NCBI RefSeq assembly: GCF_000341395.1
Contig: NC_020304.1
Location: forward strand, 870,001 to 902,000
Length of the DNA stretch: 32,000 bases
Direction: 5' to 3'
Source of the DNA: Desulfocapsa sulfexigens DSM 10523
GTDB lineage: Bacteria; Desulfobacterota; Desulfobulbia; Desulfobulbales; Desulfocapsaceae
Shown: positions 18,566-25,855 of the stretch, piece after piece
How positions within the stretch are numbered: position 1 is the first letter of the stretch
How the letters are laid out: each line of letters begins with the position of its first letter
Program-made: the position numbers and the translations under genes
Notes under the pieces: model-generated
Database searches by the model: none
What the model was told of the DNA's origin: nothing
The model's input: the letters and a program-made list of their open reading frames with translations, nothing else

Positions 18566-18621
18566 TGTATTAATGGGTTAGATATGAGAAAAGTGGAATC
18601 GAGGAAAATGGAGCTTTACTT

Positions 18622-20523
18622 TCAATTAACCGGAAGGCATGTAACCTGGCTTGTCCAACCCCTTCCCTGTGCCTGGTCGTACTTTACAAGGAAGAGCTCT
18701 TCACTCTGGTACAATTGTTTTTTAAGATACCGTTTCGGGAGTTTATTTAACTGACTGGGACCACCATTGTAAAGTGCATATAACCAAACAGCGAGAAAAC
18801 GTTTTCCAGAAGCAGTCCCAAGCGTAACAGGTGGTTTTTCTTTATGAATATACTTATTAAGATAGAGAATCAGGATTTCCGCCCCAGCCAGGGCATTATA
18901 GCGGACATTCCAGCGCAGTTGTTCTCTATCGTATATACCGCGCCAGACCCGCTCATTGATCTGCATCAGACCCACCGAGGTTTGATTATAGGAGAGCAGA
19001 TAGGTAACCTTATCCCGTTCAATGTGAAACTGTCGGAAACAGCTCTCCTGCCAGGCAGTGGCCCGTAACATAATTCCAAACCATTTTCTGTCAACAACTG
19101 CTGGCAGATTCAGATTTTTATGTTCCTTCACCGTTGCCTCCTCAAGAACCTTACTCACTTTTTGTAGTAAAATATCATGAGGGGTTGTTTCTGCTGTCCA
19201 GCCACGAATCTCATTCAGGGCAGGCATCTTGAATTCACCGGCCCATGCCTCTGCACACCCGAGAAGCTCCCATATTCTCCAGCCAGGGGGAATGGGCAAC
19301 ATGGACGTTGGCTGGTCTTCCTCTCCTTGATCAACCTGATCCGGTTCATCTTCCTGGATTGGAACTTCCAGCGGCTCACCCAAGCCCAAAATCTTCCGCA
19401 ACAGACTGTTAACTTCAGGAGTTTCCTGCAGCTGCCCAACAGGGTCAGAACTGATCATTTCCGCTAGACGATAAAAACCGTCACGGCTGATTTCAATACC
19501 TATCGCCGGTCCAACACGATCGAGCGCAACCAGGGCGTCGGTGGCAGTAAAAAAGGCGAGGTAGCCGAGCAGGTTATCCGATGAAGAATCTGTAAGATGC
19601 CTGCGAAACACTCTTTCCATTTGTTGCCAGCTCCAGACAAACTGTTCCCGGATAAAATTGCTGGTTAGCTTTTCCTCTCTCAAGGCCTCTTCAAATTGAT
19701 AACGCACCGTCAACAGGGTATCCATCAGAACGGACTGTTCATCATGGGTTAAAGGCTGGTCAGAGAGCTGACTGATAAGATATATTAAAAGGTTATCCCA
19801 TGTCTGCCACAACTCCATGGTCCTCGCCAGCGCTTCCGGACTGGCAACCAGACCGACCCGACTTTCTTCAAATGTCTCCACCTCGCAAAGAACATCGATC
19901 CGAAGGCCTTCGGCAATGACAATCGGTTGCTGTGGCCGCATACCTGCAAGAAAGCGGATGGCAGCATCCTGGTGTTCAAATGGAAACAGGGGGAGCAGAA
20001 AACTTTTCAGGTCTCTAACAGGTGGGGACAGATCGATTGTGATCTGTTGCAGATAAGGGTGCAGATAGCCCTTGATCTGATCAAAGACAAGTCCCGCAAG
20101 TTTCGGGGGCTGCCCGTCTTTGTCCAGGAGACTGGAATCTAGGATATCAAACGAGAGTTGCCACTGTTCATCAATACGGGGACGCTGCTTAATAATGACA
20201 GTACCTTCCCACTCAAGTGGCGCCAGGCAATAGTCACCAAACCCTGTCCCCAACTTGAGGCGGACAGCTGTCTGAAATCGCAAAAAATCCCGATCAACTC
20301 CTATCTCCGGTGCAGAAAGGAAAACCCGATTGCAGCCCCCTGGTTCGTCTACAACAGTTGCGGTCTCACCCGGTCCGGAATAGGCCTCCTGAACGATAAG
20401 AGCACGTAAAAGTGGAAAATCGATACTAATGGGAATACTGACACTTTCACAGCGGGCAAGTTGCACTGGAAGAGTGAAGGAAACTATCACCCAGACAATC
20501 CAAAGAATTGATCGTGATTTCAT
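18622..20523 (-). CDS. exported protein with unassigned ~450-aa N-terminal region and C-terminal lytic transglycosylase (SLT) domain
   Basis: The signal peptide is MKSRSILWIVWVIVSFTLPVQLARC. The C-terminal SLT motifs are ATAWQESCFRQF (catalytic Glu-Ser), VGLMQINERVW and YNALAGAEILILYL. RBS AAGGA. Confidence 0.75.
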   Translation of the reverse strand: MKSRSILWIVWVIVSFTLPVQLARCESVSIPISIDFPLLRALIVQEAYSGPGETATVVDEPGGCNRVFLSAPEIGVDRDFLRFQTAVRLKLGTGFGDYCLAPLEWEGTVIIKQRPRIDEQWQLSFDILDSSLLDKDGQPPKLAGLVFDQIKGYLHPYLQQITIDLSPPVRDLKSFLLPLFPFEHQDAAIRFLAGMRPQQPIVIAEGLRIDVLCEVETFEESRVGLVASPEALARTMELWQTWDNLLIYLISQLSDQPLTHDEQSVLMDTLLTVRYQFEEALREEKLTSNFIREQFVWSWQQMERVFRRHLTDSSSDNLLGYLAFFTATDALVALDRVGPAIGIEISRDGFYRLAEMISSDPVGQLQETPEVNSLLRKILGLGEPLEVPIQEDEPDQVDQGEEDQPTSMLPIPPGWRIWELLGCAEAWAGEFKMPALNEIRGWTAETTPHDILLQKVSKVLEEATVKEHKNLNLPAVVDRKWFGIMLRATAWQESCFRQFHIERDKVTYLLSYNQTSVGLMQINERVWRGIYDREQLRWNVRYNALAGAEILILYLNKYIHKEKPPVTLGTASGKRFLAVWLYALYNGGPSQLNKLPKRYLKKQLYQSEELFLVKYDQAQGRGWTSQVTCLPVN

Positions 20524-20889
20524 TCTGTATCCTTCTTTACTGGAGCTTGGAGTTTCAGTCTACCTGAAAAAGTTAAGGCTTTTGCATGGTGAAAAACATC
20601 ATATACATTAAAAACTACTAAGACATTGAGGTGCATTGCAAGTAGCGGTAGCCACATCTTCAAAAGAAGATTTTTGACTATTATTCTGGAGACCACTACA
20701 GAAGACAAGAAATACCTGAGTATTGCCAGAATTTTATTTGAAAGTATCACATTTCTTACCAGAATTAAACTGGAGAAATTATTCCATTTCATCAGTATGG
20801 CAACAAGGATTCGTCAATCAGATGTTTTTATGCCAGCTAGAAGAAGGAATTGAGAAAAATCTTGCTTTATGAGATTCCACCATCTATTA

Positions 20890-20905
20890 TGTACCAAACG
20901 GTCAG
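20890..20905. promoter_or_regulatory. candidate TetR operator copy 1 (TGTACC-N4-GGTC)
   Basis: TGTACCAAACGGTCAG lies 24 nt upstream of the TetR ATG. It shares 12 of 16 positions, at identical spacing, with 21534-21549. Confidence 0.35.
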
Positions 20906-20928
20906 TTTATTTTACTAATGGATTCATC

Positions 20929-21515
20929 ATGCCCACTAAAGGTCAAGAGACTCGTAAACACATCCTGACAGAGAGCCGTAAGCTCTTTACTGTCCAGGGA
21001 TTTCAAAACACAAGCATCAGTGAAATAATTGCTGCGACAAGGGTAAAAAAGGAAATCTCTATTACTACTTTCCCAGCAAAGAGGAACTCGGCTTGGCCGT
21101 GCTGATTGATGCCAGGGATGAATTTTTCCATATTCTGGAAAACTCTCTGACCGGAGAAACCCCGATTCTCAGAATAATCAACTCCTGTAATTCAGTCATG
21201 GAACTCATGCAGCAAACAAACTTTGTCGGCGGTTGCCTGTTTGGTAATACGGCCCTGGAGATGACAGATTCCAACCCCAGATTCGGAGAAATTATACAGG
21301 AAATTTTCACCCACTGGACAACCAGGATAGAACAGCAGGTACTGCAGGCAACTGACACTGGAGAATTCAAAAGTGAAATACCATCCCATTCCCTGGCAAC
21401 TGCCATTGTTTCCATGCTGGAAGGAGGGATCATGTTTTCACGGGTCTATGGCAACAAAAAGGGACTCGAAGACTGTATCCTGGCCATCCGTTCCTTTCTG
21501 AAATGCCGAAGGTAG
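20929..21515 (+). pseudogene. TetR/AcrR-family regulator interrupted by a 1-nt frameshift in an A6 run
   Basis: Frame 1 gives MPTKGQETRKHILTESRKLFTVQGFQNTSISEIIAATRVKK. The TetR HTH then continues in another frame as (K)KGNLYYYFPSKEELGLAVLIDARDEFF...GCLFGNTALE...LEGGIMFSR to the stop at 21515. The switch falls in AAAAAA at 21045-21050; seven As would give one continuous ORF. Confidence 0.75.
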
Positions 21516-21533
21516 TTTTTTTGCACCAAAAAT

Positions 21534-21553
21534 TGTACCGTCTGGTCGGTACA
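21534..21553. promoter_or_regulatory. candidate TetR operator copy 2 (perfect inverted repeat)
   Basis: TGTACCG-tctggt-CGGTACA lies between the TetR stop and the DUF1566 lipoprotein start. No T tract follows, so an operator fits better than a terminator. Confidence 0.4.
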
Positions 21554-21584
21554 CATCAAACATTCGCCTTACAGGAGGTGTATC

Positions 21585-22112
21585 ATGGAAGACAGTAACA
21601 CTAAGAACCTGCAAAAAAAGTCAACACGCGCTTGGCCTCAAACAGGAGCGTCCAAAACCGTATTGCTCGCCTTTGTCATCCTGACGTTCTTTCTCACTAG
21701 CGGCTGCAGCAGCTTTTCCAAGCAGTCGGTGACAGACAGTCCCTCAGCCAGCTCCAGGCTAATTGCTGTAGACAATGATCTTTGCCAGGACACTAAAACT
21801 GGACAGATGTGGCAAGTAGAAAGAAGCAGGACTCTGAGATCACTCGCTGCTGCTCAAAACTACACCGAAACTTTACAAGCAGGCGGGTATCATGACTGGC
21901 GTCTGCCAACGGTCGCAGAACTCTATGAGCTCTATATTATTTTTGACCTCCACGAAAATGGAAACTGCACCCTGCAGGCAGAAGGAACCTACTGGTCGGA
22001 CGAAGAAGACCTTCAGGGGCGCGTTGGCAGTTGGGAACTCGATGCCAATTGTGACCCTGAACGGCAGTTTTTCCCCAAAAAAAAGGGATGGGTCCGCGCC
22101 ATTCGCCCTTAA
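21585..22112 (+). CDS. lipoprotein with DUF1566 (Lcl C-terminal-like) domain
   Basis: RBS AGGAGG. The lipobox is FFLTSGC. The DUF1566 hallmark is GYHDWRLPTVAELYELY. Confidence 0.7.
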   Translation: MEDSNTKNLQKKSTRAWPQTGASKTVLLAFVILTFFLTSGCSSFSKQSVTDSPSASSRLIAVDNDLCQDTKTGQMWQVERSRTLRSLAAAQNYTETLQAGGYHDWRLPTVAELYELYIIFDLHENGNCTLQAEGTYWSDEEDLQGRVGSWELDANCDPERQFFPKKKGWVRAIRP

Positions 22113-22157
22113 GCGGAATAGCTCAATACGAAATGACCGAGAACATTTTCGTATTAA

Positions 22158-22340
22158 AAAAATAACCACCAGTTGGTTTTCCCAATATGTTTTTACCGCG
22201 GCAGGATCAACATAACCAGCTTTCACCAAGGCGTTCATCCATTTGTTGTTGGCAGACAAGAAATAATCAGCTGACATAAGCTCTTCTGGGATTCTTTTTG
22301 CAAGTAGCCCAGAAGCCGGGCAGATATAATTCAATTGCAT
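22158..22340 (-). pseudogene. internal fragment of a ModA-type molybdate/tungstate-binding protein gene
   Basis: PASGLLAKRIPEELMSADYFLSANNKWMNALVKAGYVDPAAVKTYWENQLVVIF matches the ModA pattern SSG.LA.QIE.GAPADVF.SA..KWMD.L...G......LL.N.LVLI. The signal peptide, N-terminal strand and C-terminal lobe are all missing. The rest of ORF 21873..22340 overlaps the lipoprotein gene. Confidence 0.4.
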
Positions 22341-22638
22341 GTTTTACTTTGCGGCTGATGAGGGAGGGGAAACAAAAAAGGATGGAAAAAATGAGCAGAA
22401 GTGCTTTTCCGGCAAGATGCAGTTGTTGTATCTATTTACTCCTCCAATTATTGTAGTTCCTTCGCATAAAAGATAAAATATCATTGATATCGTGAACTGA
22501 AGTGAAGTAAAAACACCCATTTTTCTACTATTGAGCATGTTGAGCATTTTGTGTTTTATTTCTCAAAAGAGCGTAATTTTCTGTAGAGGTTTTATGTACA
22601 GGAAAATACCGTAGCTGCTCAAAAATTACTGTAAACAC

Positions 22639-22676
22639 AAAAAAAAAGGCTGCTATCGAACAACAACAGCAGCCTT
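22639..22676 (-). terminator. intrinsic terminator of the octahaem cytochrome gene
   Basis: On the minus strand, AAGGCTGCT-13 nt-AGCAGCCTT runs into a T9 tract, 25 nt after the stop codon. Confidence 0.8.
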
Positions 22677-22700
22677 CCATCTCACATATCCTGTACGGTC

Positions 22701-23990
22701 TTATTTCTTATGCGTCGCCCTCATAGTGCGGGCAAGTTCTTTTATCTCACCAAGATCTTTGGTCATCTCGTTCCAGCCATACCAATAGGCATAGTCAGGA
22801 TTGACATGGAAGAAACCTTGATAGGCCCGCATCCGGTGTTTCATATACATCTGCACTAGAACCTGGTCGATGTAGGAGAGTTTATCCAGATCCTTATCCC
22901 AACGTTCACCATTGGTATGCATGAAAGTCAGGAGGAACGGATAGTTTGCCGGATAGTTTGCCGGTTTTTCTATGATGCCCTCTTCATAAAGAGCCGCAAC
23001 CGTGGTAATAGCCTCAGCCATTAACCGATCGGCTTTCATCATAATAGAGTCGCCCATGTCAAGCTGTTCCTTGGCATAGCTTGCAGAATGACACTGCTGG
23101 CAGGTTTTCAGCATCTTGTCACGTTCCTTCTGCCACGACTCCTGGTCAAGCTTGGCCATACGTACGGCTTTAACTGCATCCAGGATCGGTGTGGGGGCTC
23201 CGGTCTTGGGATCAAGCACGCCAAGAGCCTTCAAAATAGTGACACGATCATCTGCAGCCTGTTTGTCATCGGGCAAAGGCAGGCGGACACCGAGGAACCC
23301 CCAGGCGGTTTCATTGTGGTGGGTGCCTTCCGGTAAATGACAGGTCTGACAGGTGGGAGCGGCAGCGTCGGCGGGCAGATCACCGTTCTGCTTGGCGAAC
23401 CAGCGCATTCCGTGTTTGGAGCTTGACCACATCTCCCACTGGGGATGATCGTAGCCCATATGACACTGCTGGCAGGCCCTCGGATTCTGAGCCTCTTTTT
23501 TGGAGAAGGAATGCCTGGTATGGCATTCATCGCATGAATTATTCTGGTAACGGTAGCCTTTGGCTACCTGTTCCTTTTTCTGCTCCTCAGTTTTTATTCC
23601 CATATTGTGACAACCACCACAGCCGCGCCCACCCTCGATCAGCTCATCAGGGGCGGCATGGGTGGCTGGAATAGCATTCAGCGATGTCCAGCCAAAATTA
23701 TGCTTGCCGCTTGCGAACTCGTTGAACTGCTCCTCATGACACTCGGCACAGACATGCTCATCCGGTAGCTTTGCATTTTTGTAATCCTCTGCGGTCTTAT
23801 GCTCCTCGCCATGGCAGGTGGAACAGGTCACTTCTCCGCTTTCGGCATGTTTACTTGATTGATAATCCTTGACCATAGCTGGTGACACTTTGGTATGGCA
23901 GTCGATGCAGGCATCACCGGCTGTGGCAAAGTTTACCGACAGCAGTAAACCTACTGTAGCGGCTATTGCCACAAAGTTTTTTTTTCTCAT
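22701..23990 (-). CDS. periplasmic octahaem cytochrome c of the hydroxylamine oxidoreductase (HAO) family
   Basis: Has a Sec signal peptide. Eight CXXCH motifs: CIDCH, CSTCH, CAECH, CGGCH, CDECH, CQQCH, CQTCH, CQQCH. The HAO-family block is CQQCHMGYDHPQWEMWSSSKHG. RBS AAAGGGAGGA. Confidence 0.9.
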   Translation of the reverse strand: MRKKNFVAIAATVGLLLSVNFATAGDACIDCHTKVSPAMVKDYQSSKHAESGEVTCSTCHGEEHKTAEDYKNAKLPDEHVCAECHEEQFNEFASGKHNFGWTSLNAIPATHAAPDELIEGGRGCGGCHNMGIKTEEQKKEQVAKGYRYQNNSCDECHTRHSFSKKEAQNPRACQQCHMGYDHPQWEMWSSSKHGMRWFAKQNGDLPADAAAPTCQTCHLPEGTHHNETAWGFLGVRLPLPDDKQAADDRVTILKALGVLDPKTGAPTPILDAVKAVRMAKLDQESWQKERDKMLKTCQQCHSASYAKEQLDMGDSIMMKADRLMAEAITTVAALYEEGIIEKPANYPANYPFLLTFMHTNGERWDKDLDKLSYIDQVLVQMYMKHRMRAYQGFFHVNPDYAYWYGWNEMTKDLGEIKELARTMRATHKK

Positions 23991-24068
23991 TTGTTACGTT
24001 CCTCCCTTTTAGGTATGAAATATGTGAGACAAAATATAAAAAAATAACTGAACACACTGGGAATTCCC

Positions 24069-24082
24069 TTGAGTTACATCAA
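24069..24082. promoter_or_regulatory. FNR/CRP-family type box upstream of the HAO-like gene
   Basis: TTGAG-ttac-ATCAA matches TTGAT-N4-ATCAA at 9 of 10 positions and is centred about 85 nt upstream of the ATG. On the coding strand a TATTTT hexamer starts 22 nt after the box, which is class II geometry. Confidence 0.4.
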
Positions 24083-24105
24083 AATATCAAAGTCTCTCCC
24101 TGTGG

Positions 24106-24417
24106 TTAATAATTCCGCGTGACGAAATCGACATACTCTCTCCATAATCTTGGTGGATCCAGAATTTGAAAATCGATCTCCCTTCCTTGATTATCTGATA
24201 GCGTGATTATGTTACAGACCCTGACAGAAATGGATATTGTCTGGTTGCTGGTAAGTATCAGTTTTATGGGGGCACGTGTCTTCTCATCAAACTGATCTGG
24301 AAGACCACTTGCCCTGAAGCTTGAACACGTAATGTTGCCTATGGTGCACTTATAATAAAATCTGCTGTCGGAAATCCTTATGGACAATTTTTTTGTGCTC
24401 ACCGCCAGTTCCTTCAA
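24106..24417 (-). CDS. hypothetical protein (possibly a degenerate PilZ-like beta-barrel)
   Basis: 103 codons with only a TTG start, which overlaps the stop of the HPP-like remnant (TTGA). There is a weak PilZ-like pattern (RISDSR ... GNITCSSF ... IKLILT ... ISVRV ... IDFQIL) but the canonical RxxxR and DxSxxG motifs are not intact. Confidence 0.35.
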   Translation of the reverse strand: MKELAVSTKKLSIRISDSRFYYKCTIGNITCSSFRASGLPDQFDEKTRAPIKLILTSNQTISISVRVCNIITLSDNQGREIDFQILDPPRLWREYVDFVTRNY

Positions 24418-24638
24418 TACCAGAATTCCGGGTATTGCCTTCTGGCGGACAAGTTATTGACCAGCAAGCCGATAACCAGCATGATTAATGTCCCCAGTCC
24501 CCCAGAAATGAAGGCATACAGATATCCAATATCATGAGTCTTATTGCTGTCGATGATCATAACCATGCCACCTTGGAACAGCCACGCAGCCTCTTCCCTG
24601 AAAAATTCATCTCTGGTAAGATGTCGATAGCACCAGCA
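24414..24638 (-). pseudogene. C-terminal remnant of an HPP-family membrane protein gene
   Basis: This open frame is too short for the ORF track. It ends ...HDIGYLYAFISGGLGTLIMLVIGLLVNNLSARRQYPEFWY*. That matches the last TM helix and the NNL...RR.YP..W tail that I recall for HPP-family proteins. No HPP motif or earlier helices are present. An internal ATG at 24566 would give only 50 aa. Confidence 0.4.
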
Positions 24639-24667
24639 TCACCTTTTGGTGTTTGTATTTCACCAGC

Positions 24668-25627
24668 TTACCAGTCCAGCAGCCGTTTGTTTCCTTCGAT
24701 TTTCTGAATCGCCCCGATGGCCTGGGTAACCTCCAGGACACCCATATAGACACCGTCATCATCGTAAACGGGGAAGTAGCGGATCAGGATCTTATCCTCC
24801 TTGAAATCGATCCAGAACTCAGCCTTGTCACGAGTTTTATCTTTAAAGCTCTGGACGATTTTGCGGACAGTGTCGACGGAATGGGCTGGGTGACATTTTT
24901 CCACCTTGCGGCCAATGACTGATCGGGTGCGCGGAAAGAGCTTTTCCTTGTCCAGTCGGTTGAAGTAGGCAACACTGTTCTCAGCATCAACAAAGGTCAC
25001 CTCAAAGGGCATGGCCTCCATGATGGCGTCAAGCTGTTTGTAGCTCAGACCTTCGATCAGCTTTTTACGCCGTTCATCTGTTTTTTCTACCTCCAGAACC
25101 ATCTGCTGGAATTTTTGCCAGGCATCTGGGCCGTAGGTCTCGGAATTAATAGATGCAAAAGAGTTGATGAGGTATTCGTTGTCGCCCTCCTGCATGAGTT
25201 TGCGACCCATGGGGTAAAGCACATCATTTTCTTTCCAAATATGGTCGGCTCGGATACGCAGGTAATCCTCCGCCTCCTGACAGAAGCTATTCTGCTCGGT
25301 GGTGGATATGGTATTAAGGGTACCAAGCTTCATGAGCATAGAGGAGAGCAAGTTGCGCTCGGCATCATGTTCCATGAGCATTACCGCCAGAGGCCCGCCA
25401 TTTCTGGGCACTCCACGCTCTTCCATCAAAGGGAAAAGATTTTCCTCCTCTTTCTTGTTGTGGATCTTATCGCCGAACTCCAAGAGAAAATCAACGGCCC
25501 GCCGCAGTTGCACCAAATCACACCGCCCCTCACGCAGTTTTGCCAGTTGTTCTTTGAGGACCGCCATGGCCCGTTCGATCATTTCATGTTCGGCGATTAA
25601 GTACTCATCCCATTCTGTAATATTCAT
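24668..25627 (-). CDS. hemerythrin-like / DUF438 / PAS-domain protein (typical hcp neighbour)
   Basis: I trimmed the start to ATG 25627 (MNITEWDEY...), 6 nt after GAGG. The hemerythrin-type motifs are EHEMIERAM, HNKKEEENLFP and MLMEHDAE. The C-terminal DUF438/PAS block is MPFEVTFVDAENSVAYFN...FPRTRSVIGRKVEKCHP...FWIDF...LIRYFPVYDDDGVYMGVLEVTQ. Confidence 0.85.
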   Translation of the reverse strand: MNITEWDEYLIAEHEMIERAMAVLKEQLAKLREGRCDLVQLRRAVDFLLEFGDKIHNKKEEENLFPLMEERGVPRNGGPLAVMLMEHDAERNLLSSMLMKLGTLNTISTTEQNSFCQEAEDYLRIRADHIWKENDVLYPMGRKLMQEGDNEYLINSFASINSETYGPDAWQKFQQMVLEVEKTDERRKKLIEGLSYKQLDAIMEAMPFEVTFVDAENSVAYFNRLDKEKLFPRTRSVIGRKVEKCHPAHSVDTVRKIVQSFKDKTRDKAEFWIDFKEDKILIRYFPVYDDDGVYMGVLEVTQAIGAIQKIEGNKRLLDW

Positions 25628-25667
25628 AGTGTGCCTCATAAAAGAAAAAGTTCGTATAGCAATACTA

Positions 25668-25685
25668 TGTGAAAACCCGTTCACA
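25668..25685. promoter_or_regulatory. perfect TGTGAA-N6-TTCACA palindrome upstream of the DUF438 gene
   Basis: TGTGAAaacccgTTCACA is centred about 50 nt upstream of the ATG at 25627. Confidence 0.5.
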
Positions 25686-25855
25686 TGGAAGAAAAAAAAT
25701 AACCTCTATTCCTAACCCGGATTTCACACAAGTCGGGATGACCATAGATGCGAGGAACGAGCATCGAACATTCGGCTAGTAACCTGGAGAAGTCGCCAAA
25801 CCCCCTGACATTATGGCTGTCATACCGGGCATAGTCGCTTTTCCAGGCCACGCCC

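Noticed and set aside
20520-20853. ORFs 20520..20792 (-) and 20626..20853 (+)
   Set aside because: The sequence is AT-rich, with Ile/Leu/Lys/Asn-biased translations, no RBS and no recognisable motif. I treated it as non-coding spacer.
21873-22340. The full 155-aa ORF on the minus strand as a real gene
   Set aside because: Its 3' two-thirds overlap the well-supported DUF1566 lipoprotein gene. Only the first 60 or so codons look like real (ModA-type) sequence.
22344-22547. 67-aa ORF (-) upstream of the ModA fragment
   Set aside because: No RBS and low-complexity, odd composition. It does not read as the missing ModA N-terminus.
25668-25685. Interpreting the TGTGAA-N6-TTCACA sites as classical CRP/HcpR boxes
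   Set aside because: The CRP-type consensus is TGTGA-N6-TCACA (16 bp). Here the TGTGA and TCACA cores are 8 nt apart in all copies, which is a different geometry. An atypical CRP/FNR protein cannot be excluded without experiments.
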